Of a stretch of DNA of 64,000 nt, positions 1 to 10,439 are shown piece by piece. This DNA is from Auanema rhodensis (lineage: Eukaryota > Animalia > Nematoda): positions 3,534,001 through 3,598,000 of the forward strand of contig OZ059896.1 in the NCBI GenBank assembly GCA_964057225.1. Reading direction: 5' to 3'. Position numbers and translations under genes: made by a program. How positions within the stretch are numbered: the stretch's first letter is position 1; each line of letters opens with the position of its first letter. The notes below the pieces were generated by a model. That model saw nothing but the letters and a program-made list of their open reading frames with translations. It did not search any database and was not told where the DNA came from.

Positions 1-176
1 TTTTGAAAACCGCATCTCTTTATCTTTCACGTGAAGCGAGTTACATACCAAGTGCACATCACGTGTACATTTAATTAGCATAAATTAAAGTTCACGTAAA
101 TTTCAAACTCATGGTTACCATGCACCAATATCAATAAAAATTTGTTTTTAGACTAATATGGACATGGAGAATCTAA
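1..176 (+). repeat. Reference monomer (first copy, arbitrary phase) used for the monomer positions quoted below
   Basis: 1-176 is followed directly by the next copy at 177. The consensus has 57/176 G+C and 5 CpG (monomer positions 11, 30, 37, 62, 95). Confidence 0.98.
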
Positions 177-3100
177 TTTTAAAAACCGCATCTCTTTATC
201 TTTCACGTGAAGCGAGTTACATACCAAGTGCACATCACGTGTACATTTAATTAGCATAAATTAAAGTTCACGTAAATTTCAAACTCATGGTTACCATGCA
301 CCAATATCAATAAAAATTTGTTTTTAGACTAATATGGACATGAGGAATCTAATTTTGAAAAACGCATCTCTTTATCTTTCACGTGAAGCGAGTTACATAC
401 CAAGTGCACATCACGTGTACATTTAATTAGCATAAATTAAAGTTCACGTAAATTTCAAAGTCATGGTTACCATTCACCAATATCAATAAAATTTTGTTTT
501 TAGACTAATATGGATATGGGGAATCTAATTTTGAAAACCGCATCTCTTTATCTTTCACGTGAAGCGAGTTACAAACCAAGTGCACATCACGTGTACATTT
601 AATTAGCATAAATTAAAGTTCACGTAAATTTCAAACTCATGGTTACCATGCACCAATATCAATAAAAATTTGTTTTTAGACTAATATGGACATGGAGAAT
701 CTAATTTTGAAAACCGCATCTCTTTATCTTTCACGTGAAGCGAGTTACATACCAAGTGCACATCACGTGTACATTTAATTAGCATAAATTAAAGTTCACG
801 TAAATTTCAAAGTCATGGTTACCATGCACCAATATCAATAAAATTTTGTTTTTAGACTAATATGGACATGGGGAATCTAATTTTGAAAACCGCATCTCTT
901 TATCTTTCACGTGAAGCGAGTTACATACCAAGTGCACATCACGTGTACATTTAATTAGCATAAATTAAAGTTCACGTAATTTTCAAAGTCATGGTTACCA
1001 TGAACCAATATCAATGAATATTTGTTTTTAGACTAATATGGACATGGGGAATCTAATTTTGAAAACCGCATCTATTTATCTTTCACGCGAAGCGAGTTAC
1101 ATACCAAGTGCACATCACCTGTACATTTAATTAGCATAAAGTAAAGTTCACGTAAATTTCAAACTCATGGTTACCATGCACCAATATCAATAAAAATTTG
1201 TTTTCAGACTAATATGGACATGAGGAATCTAATTTTGAAAAACGCATCTCTTTATCTTTCACGTGAAGCGAGTTACATACCAAGTGCACATCACGTGTAC
1301 ATTTAATTAGCATAAATTAAAGTTCACGTAAATTTCAAACTCATGGTTACCATGCACCAATATCAATAAAAAATTGTTTTTAGACTAATATGGACATGGA
1401 GAATCTAATTTTGAAAACCGCATCTCTTTATCTTTCACGTGAAGCGAGTTACATACCAAGTGCACATCACGTGTACATTTAATTAGCATAAATTAAAGTT
1501 CACGTAAATTTCAAAGTCATGGTTACCATGCACCAATATCAATAAAATTTTGTTTTTAGACTAATATGGACATGGGGAATCTAATTTTGAAAACCGCATC
1601 TCTTTATCTTTCACGTGAAGCGAGTTACATACCAAGTGCACATCACGTGTACATTTAATTAGCATAAAGTAAAGTTCACGTAAATTTCAAACTCATGGTT
1701 ACCATGCACCAATATCAATAAAAATTTGTTTTTAGACTAATATGGAGATGAAGAATCTAATTTTGAATAACGCATCTCTTTATCTTTCACGTGAAGCGAG
1801 TTACATACCAAGTGCACATCACGTGTACATTTAATTAGCATAAATTAAAGTTCACGTAAATTTCAAAGTCATGGTTACCATGCACCAATATCAATAAAAA
1901 TTTGTTTTTAGACTAATATGGAGATGGGGAATCTAATTTTGAATAACGCATCTCTTTATCTTTCACGTGAAGCGAGTTACATACCAAGTGCACATCACGT
2001 GTACATTTAATTAGCATAAATTAAAGTTCACGTAAATTTCAAAGTCATGGTTACCATGCACCAATATCAATAAAATTTTGTTTTTAGACTAATATGGACA
2101 TGGGGAATCTAATTTTGAAAACCGCATCTCTTTATCTTTCACGTGAAGCGAGTTACATACCAAGTGTACATCACGTGTACATTTAATTAGCATAAATTAA
2201 AGTTCACGTAAATTTCAAACTCATGGTTACCATGCACCAATATCAATAAAAATTTGTTTTTAGACTAATATGGACATGGGGAATCTAATTTTGAAAACCG
2301 CATCTCTTTATCTTCCACGTGAAGCGAGTTACATACCAAGTGCACATCAAGTGTACATTTAATTAGCATAAATTAAAGTTCACGTAATTTTCAAAGTCAT
2401 GGTTACCATGAACCAATATCAATGAATATTTGTTTTTAGACTAATATGGACATGGGGAATCTAATTTTGAAAACCGCATCTATTTATCTTTCACGCGAAG
2501 CGAGTTACATACCAAGTGCACATCACCTGTACATTTAATTAGCATAAAGTAAAGTTCACGTAAATTTCAAACTCATGGTTACCATGCACCAATATCAATA
2601 AAAATTTGTTTTTAGACTAATATGGACATGAGGAATCTAATTTTGAAAAACGCATCTCTTTATCTTTCACGTGAAGCGAGTTACATACCAAGTGCACATC
2701 ACGTGTACATTTAATTAGCATAAATTAAAGTTCACGTAAATTTCAAAGTCATGGTTACCATGCACCAATATCAATAAAATTTTGTTTTTAGACTAATATG
2801 GACATGGGGAATCTAATTTTGAAAACCGCATCTCTTTATCTTTCACGTGAAGCGAGTTACAAACCAAGTGCACATCACGTGTACATTTAATTAGCATAAA
2901 TTAAAGTTCACGTAAATTTCAAACTCATGGTTACCATGCACCAATATCAATAAAAATTTGTTTTTAGACTAATATGGACATGGAGAATCTAATTTTGAAA
3001 ACCGCATCTCTTTATCTTTCACGTGAAGCGAGTTACATACCAAGTGCACATCACGTGTACATTTAATTAGCATAAATTAAAGTTCACGTAAATTTCAAAG

Positions 3101-4399
3101 TCATGGTTACCATGCACCAATATCAATAAAATTTTGTTTTTAGACTAATATGGACATGGGGAATCTAATTTTGAAAACCGCATCTCTTTATCTTTCACGT
3201 GAAGCGAGTTACATACCAAGTGCACATCACGTGTACATTTAATTAGCATAAATTAAAGTTCACGTAAATTTCAAACTCATGGTTACCATGCACCAATATC
3301 AATAAAAATTTGTTTTTAGACTAATATGGACATGGAGAATCTAATTTTAAAAACCGCATCTCTTTATCTTTCACGTGAAGCGAGTTACATACCAAGTGCA
3401 CATCACGTGTACATTTAATTAGCATAAATTAAAGTTCACGTAAATTTCAAAGTCATGGTTACCATGCACCAATATCAATAAAATTTTGTTTTTAGACTAA
3501 TATGGACATGGGGAATCTAATTTTGAAAACCGCATCTCTTTATCTTTCACGTGAAGCGAGTTACATACCAAGTGCACATCACGTGTACATTTAATTAGCA
3601 TAAATTAAAGTTCACGTAAATTTCAAACTCATGGTTACCATGCACCAATATCAATAAAAAATTGTTTTTAGACTAATATGGACATGGAGAATCTAATTTT
3701 GAAAACCGCATCTCTTTATCTTTCACGTGAAGCGAGTTACATACCAAGTGCACATCACGTGTACATTTAATTAGCATAAATTAAAGTTCACGTAAATTTC
3801 AAACTCATGGTTACCATGCACCAATATCAATAAAAATTTGTTTTTAGACTAATATGGACATGGAGAATCTATTTTTAAAAACCGCATCTCTTTATCTTTC
3901 ACGTGAAGCGAGTTACATACCAAGTGCACATCACGTGTACATTTAATTAGCATAAATTAAAGTTCACGTAAATTTCAAACTCATGGTTACCATGCACCAA
4001 TATCAATAAAAATTTGTTTTTAGACTAATATGGACATGGGGAATCTAATTTTGAAAACCGCATCTCTTATCTTCCACGTGAAGCGAGTTACATACCAAGT
4101 GCACATCACGTGTACATTTAATTAGCATAAATTAAAGTTCACGTAATTTTCAAAGTCATGGTTACCATGAACCAATATCAATGAATATTTGTTTTTTGAC
4201 TAATATGGACATGGGGAATCTAATTTTGAAAACCGCATCTATTTATCTTTCACGCGAAGCGAGTTACATACCAAGTGCACATCACGTGTACATTTAATTA
4301 GCATAAAGTAAAGTTCACGTAAATTTCAAACTCATGGTTACCATGCACCAATATCAATAAAAATTTGTTTTTAGACTAATATGGAGATGGGGAATCTAA

Positions 4400-6160
4400 T
4401 TTTGAATAACGCATCTCTTTATCTTTCACGTGAAGCGAGTTACATACCAAGTGCACATCACGTGTACATTTAATTAGCATAAATTAAAGTTCACGTAAAT
4501 TTCAAAGTCATGGTTACCATGCACCAATATCAATAAAATTTTGTTTTTAGACTAATATGGACATGGGGAATCTAATTTTGAAAACCGCATCTCTTTATCT
4601 TTCACGTGAAGCGAGTTACATACCAAGTGCACATCACGTGTACATTTAATTAGCATAAATTAAAGTTCACGTAAATTTCAAAGTCATGGTTACCATGCAC
4701 CAATATCAATAAAAATTTGTTTCTAGACTAATATGGACATGGAGAATCCATTTTTAAAAACCGCATCTCTTTATCTTCCACGTGAAGCGAGTTACATACC
4801 AAGTGCACATCACGTGTACATTTAATTAGCATAAATTAAAGTTCACGTAAATTTCAAACTCATGGTTACCAAGCACCAATATCAATAAAAATTTGTTTTC
4901 AAACTAATATGGACATGGGGATTCTAATTTTGAAAACCGCATCTCTTTATCTTTCACGTGAAGCGAGTTACATACCAAGTGCACATCACGTGTACATTTA
5001 ATTAGCATAAATTAAAGTTCACGTAAAATTCAAAGTCATGGTTACCATGCACCAATATCAATAAAATTTTGTTTTTAGACTAATATGGACATGGGGAATC
5101 TAATTTTGAAAACCGCATCTTTTTATCTTTCACGTGAAGCGAGTTACATACCAAGTGCACATCACGTGTACATTTAATTAGCATAAATTAAAGTTCACGT
5201 AAATTTCAAAGTCATGGTTACCATGCACCAATATCAATAAAATTTTGTTTTTAGACTAATATGGACATGGGGAATCTAATTTTGAATAACGCATCTCTTT
5301 ATCTTTCACGTGAAGCGAGTTACATACCAAGTGCACATCACGTGTACATTTAATTAGCATAAATTAAAGTTCACGTAAATTTCAAAGTCATGGTTACCAT
5401 GCACCAATATCAATAAAATTTTGTTTTTAGACTAATATGGACATGGGGAATCTAATTTTGAAAACCGCATCTCTTTATCTTTCACGTGAAGCGAGTTACA
5501 TACCAAGTGCACATCACGTGTACATTTAATTAGCATAAATTAAAGTTCACGTAAATTTCAAAGTCATGGTTACCATGCACCAATATCAATAAAAATTTGT
5601 TTCTAGACTAATATGGACATGGAGAATCCATTTTTAAAAACCGCATCTCTTTATCTTCCACGTGAAGCGAGTTACATACCAAGTGCACATCACGTGTACA
5701 TTTAATTAGCATAAATTAAAGTTCACGTAAATTTCAAACTCATGGTTACCATGCACCAATATCAATAAAAATTTGTTTTCAAACTAATATGGACATGGGG
5801 ATTCTAATTTTGAAAACCGCATCTCTTTATCTTTCACGTGAAGCGAGTTACATACCAAGTGCACATCACGTGTACATTTAATTAGCATAAATTAAAGTTC
5901 ACGTAAAATTCAAAGTCATGGTTACCATGCACCAATATCAATAAAATTTTGTTTTTAGACTAATATGGACATGGGGAATCTAATTTTGAAAACCGCATCT
6001 TTTTATCTTTCACGTGAAGCGAGTTACATACCAAGTGCACATCACGTGTACATTTAATTAGCATAAATTAAAGTTCACGTAAATTTCAAAGTCATGGTTA
6101 CCATGCACCAATATCAATAAAATTTTGTTTTTAGACTAATATGGACATGGGGAATCTAAT
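4400..6160. repeat. Tandem duplication of a 5-monomer block (880 bp)
   Basis: 'gaataac' 4407/5287, 'ttctagac' 4723/5603, 'gaatccattttt' ~4749/5629, 'gtaaaattc' 5028/5908 and 'gcatcttttt' 5121/6001 are all offset by 880. Confidence 0.92.
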
Positions 6161-6639
6161 TTTGAAAACCGCATCTCTTTATCTTTCACGTGAAGCGAGT
6201 TACATACCAAGTGCACATCACGTGTACATTTAATTAGCATAAATTAAAGTTCACGTAAATTTCAAACTCATGGTTACCATGCACCAATATCAATAAAAAT
6301 TTGTTTTTAGACTAATATGGACATGGAGAATCTATTTTTAAAAACCGCATCTCTTTATCTTTCACGTGAAGCGAGTTACATACCAAGTGCACATCACGTG
6401 TACATTTAATTAGCATAAATTAAAGTTCACGTAAATTTCAAAGTCATGGTTACCATGCACCAATATCAATAAAATTTTGTTTTTAGACTAATATGGACAT
6501 GGGGAATCTAATTTTGAAAACCGCATCTCTTTATCTTTCACGTGAAGCGAGTTACATACCAAGTGCACATCACGTGTACATTTAATTAGCATAAATTAAA
6601 GTTCACGTAAATTTCAAACTCATGGTTACCATGAACCAA

Positions 6640-8750
6640 TATCAATAAAAATTTGTTTTTAGACTAATATGGACATGGAGAATCTAATTTTGAAAACCGC
6701 ATCTCTTTATCTTTCAAGTGAAGCGAGTTAAATACCAAGTGCACATCACGTGTACATTTAATTAGCATAAATTAAAGTTCACGTAAATTTCAAAGTCATG
6801 GTTGCCATGAACCAATATCAATAAAAATTTGTTTTTAAACTAATATGGACATGGGGAATCTAATTTTGAAAACCGCATCTCTTTATCTTTCACGTGAAGC
6901 GAGTTACATACCAAGTGCACATCACGTGTACATTTAATTAGCATAAATTAAAGTTCACGTAAATTTCAAAGTCATGGTTACCATGAACCAATATCAATAA
7001 AAATTTGTTTTTAGACTAATATGGACATGGGGAATCTAATTTTGAAAACCGCATCTCTTTATCTTTCACGTGAAGCGAGTTACATACCAAGTGCACATCA
7101 CGTGTACATTTAATTAGCATAAATTAAAGTTCACGTAAATTTCAAAGTCATGGTTACCATGAACCATTATCGATAAGAATTTGTTTTTAAACTAATATGG
7201 ACATGGGGAATCTAATTTTGAAAACCGCATCTCTTTATCTTTCAAGTGAAGCGAGTTACATACCAAGTGCACATCACGTGTACATTTAATTAGCATAAAT
7301 TAAAGTTCACGTAAATTTCAAAGTCATGGTTACCATGAACCAATATCAATAAGAATTTGTTTTTAAACTAATATGGACATGGGGAATCTAATTTTGAAAA
7401 CCGCATCTCTTTATCTTTCACGTGAAGCGAGTTACATACCAAGTGCACATCACGTGTACATTTAATTAGCATAAATTAAAGTTCACGTAAATTTCAAAGT
7501 CATGGTTACCATGAACCAATATCAATAAAAATTTGTTTTTAAACTAATATGGACATGGGGAATCTAATTTTGAAAACCGCATCTCTTTATCTTTCACGTG
7601 AAGCGAGTTACATACCAAGTGCACATCACGTGTACATTTAATTAGCATAAATTAAAGTTCACGTAAATTTCAAAGTCATGGTTACCATGAACCAATATCA
7701 ATAAAAATTTGTTTTTAGACTAATATGGACATGGAGAATCTAATTTTGAAAACCGCATCTCTTTATCTTTCAAGTGAAGCGAGTTAAATACCAAGTGCAC
7801 ATCACGTGTACATTTAATTAGCATAAATTAAAGTTCACGTAAATTTCAAAGTCATGGTTACCATGAACCAATATCAATAAAAATTTGTTTTTAAACTAAT
7901 ATGGACATGGGGAATCTAATTTTGAAAACCGCATCTCTTTATCTTTCACGTGAAGCGAGTTACATACCAAGTGCACATCACGTGTACATTTAATTAGCAT
8001 AAATTAAAGTTCACGTAAATTTCAAAGTCATGGTTACCATGAACCAATATCAATAAAAATTTGTTTTTAGACTAATATGGACATGGGGAATCTAATTTTG
8101 AAAACCGCATCTCTTTATCTTTCACGTGAAGCGAGTTACATACCAAGTGCACATCACGTGTACATTTAATTAGCATAAATTAAAGTTCACGTAAATTTCA
8201 AAGTCATGGTTACCATGAACCAATATCAATAAGAATTTGTTTTTAAACTAATATGGACATGGGGAATCTAATTTTGAAAACCGCATCTCTTTATCTTTCA
8301 AGTGAAGCGAGTTACATACCAAGTGCACATCACGTGTACATTTAATTAGCATAAATTAAAGTTCACGTAAATTTCAAAGTCATGGTTACCATGAACCAAT
8401 ATCAATAAGAATTTGTTTTTAAACTAATATGGACATGGGGAATCTAATTTTGAAAACCGCATCTCTTTATCTTTCACGTGAAGCGAGTTACATACCAAGT
8501 GCACATCACGTGTACATTTAATTAGCATAAATTAAAGTTCACGTAAATTTCAAAGTCATGGTTACCATGAACCAATATCAATAAGAATTTGTTTTTAAAC
8601 TAATATGGACATGGGGAATCTAATTTTGAAAACCGCATCTCTTTATCTTTCACGTGAAGCGAGTTACATACCAAGTGCACATCACGTGTACATTTAATTA
8701 GCATAAATTAAAGTTCACGTAAATTTCAAAGTCATGGTTACCATGAACCA
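6640..8750. repeat. Tandem duplication of a 6-monomer block (1056 bp)
   Basis: 'gttaaatacc' 6731/7787 and 'aagaattt' 7177/8233 and 7353/8409 are offset by 1056. Confidence 0.82.
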
Positions 8751-9300
8751 ATATCAATAAGAATTTGTTTTTAAACTAATATGGACATGGGGAATCTAAT
8801 TTTGAAAACCGCATCTCTTTATCTTTCAAGTGAAGCGAGTTACATACCAAGTGCACATCACGTGTACATTTAATTAGCATAAATTAAAGTTCACGTAAAT
8901 TTCAAAGTCATGGTTACCATGAACCAATATCAATAAGAATTTGTTTTTAAACTAATATGGACATGGGGAATCTAATTTTGAAAACCGCATCTCTTTATCT
9001 TTCACGTGAAGCGAGTTACATACCAAGTGCACATCACGTGTACATTTAATTAGCATAAATTAAAGTTCACGTAAATTTCAAAGTCATGGTTACCATGAAC
9101 CAATATCAATAAGAATTTGTTTTTAAACTAATATGGACATGGGGAATCTAATTTTGAAAACCGCATCTCTTTATCTTTCAAGTGAAGCGAGTTACATACC
9201 AAGTGCACATCACGTGTACATTTAATTAGCATTAATTAAAGTTCACGTAAATTTCAAAGTCATGGTTACCATGAACCAATATCAATAAAAATTTGTTTTC
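6690..9300. repeat. Sub-family domain B (A123 'catgaacc', 'aataagaattt', 'tttttaaact')
   Basis: 'aagaattt' occurs at ~7177, 7353, 8233, 8409, 8585, 8761, 8937 and 9113, and I did not see it elsewhere. Confidence 0.8.
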
Positions 9301-10439
9301 AAACTAATATGGACATGGGGATTCTAATTTTGAAAACCGCATCTCTTTATCTTTCACGTGAAGCGAGTTACATACCTAGTGCACATCACGTGTACATTTA
9401 ATTAGCATAAATTAAAGTTCACGTTAATTTCAAAGTCATGGTTACCATGAACCAATATCAATAAAAATTTGTTTTTAGACTAATATGGACATGGGGAATC
9501 TAATTTTGAAAACCACATCTCTTTCTCTTTCACGTGAAGCGAGTTACATATAAAGTGCACATCACGTGTACATTTAATTAGCATAAATTAAAGTTCACGT
9601 AAATTTCAAAGTCATGGTTACCATGCACCAATATTAATAAAAATTTGTTTTTAGACTAATATGGACATGGGGAATCAAATTTTGAAAACCGCATCTCTTT
9701 ATCTTTCACGTGAAGCGAGTTACATACCAAGTGCACATCACGTGTACACTTAATTAGCATAAATTAAAGTTCACGTAAATTTCAAAGTCATGGTTACCAT
9801 GCACCAATATCAATAAAAATTTGTTTTTAGACTAATATGGACATGGGGAATCTAATTTTGAAAACCGCATCTCTTTATCTTTCACGTGAGGCGAGTTACA
9901 TACCAAGTGCACATCACGTGTACATTTAATTAGCATAAATTAAAGTTCACGTAAATTTCAAAGTCATGGTTACCATGAACCAATATCAATAAAAATTTGT
10001 TTTTAGACTAATATGGACATGGGGAATCTAATTTTGAAAACCGCATCTCTTTATCTTTCAAGTGAAGCGAGTTACATAACAAGTGCACATCACGTGTACA
10101 TTTAATTAGCATAAATTAAAGTTCACGTAAATTTCAAATTCATGGTTACCATGAACCAATATCAATAAAAATTTGTTTTCAAACTAATATGGACATGGGG
10201 ATTCTAATTTTGAAAACCGCATCTCTTTATCTTTCACGTGAAGCGAGTTACATACCTAGTGCACATCACTTGTACATTTAATTAGCATAAATTAAAGTTC
10301 ACGTAAATTTCAAAGTCATGGTTACCATGAACCAATATCAATAAAAATTTGTTTTTAGACTAATTTGGACATGGGGAATCTAATTTTGAAAACCGCATCT
10401 CTTTATCTTTCAAGTGAAGCGAGTTACATACCAAGTGCA

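Larger units (their letters stand above)
1..6690. repeat. Sub-family domain A (variants C108 'caaactcatg', 'ggagaatc', T140 'aaaattttg')
   Basis: C108 is frequent up to ~6620 and I did not see it afterwards. 'ggagaatc' is last seen at ~7735 (carried by a duplication). T140 is nearly confined here, with one outlier near 29355. Confidence 0.85.

Noticed and set aside
133-138. AATAAA polyadenylation signal in each monomer
   Set aside because: Expected by chance in AT-rich DNA, with no gene context.
1-176. Brassica CentBr (176 bp), Arabidopsis CEN178 or primate alpha satellite
   Set aside because: Only the length is similar. I recognise no sequence similarity to those consensus monomers, though a database search is needed to be definitive.
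1-176. Tandem 5S rRNA, tRNA, snRNA or spliced-leader gene array
   Set aside because: No recognisable 5S, tRNA cloverleaf/A-B box or snRNA sequence in this 32% GC monomer.
58-176. Budding-yeast point centromere (CDEI-CDEII-CDEIII)
   Set aside because: ATCACGTG fits CDEI, but the downstream DNA is not the >90% AT CDEII, no CDEIII is at the right distance, and point centromeres are single-copy.
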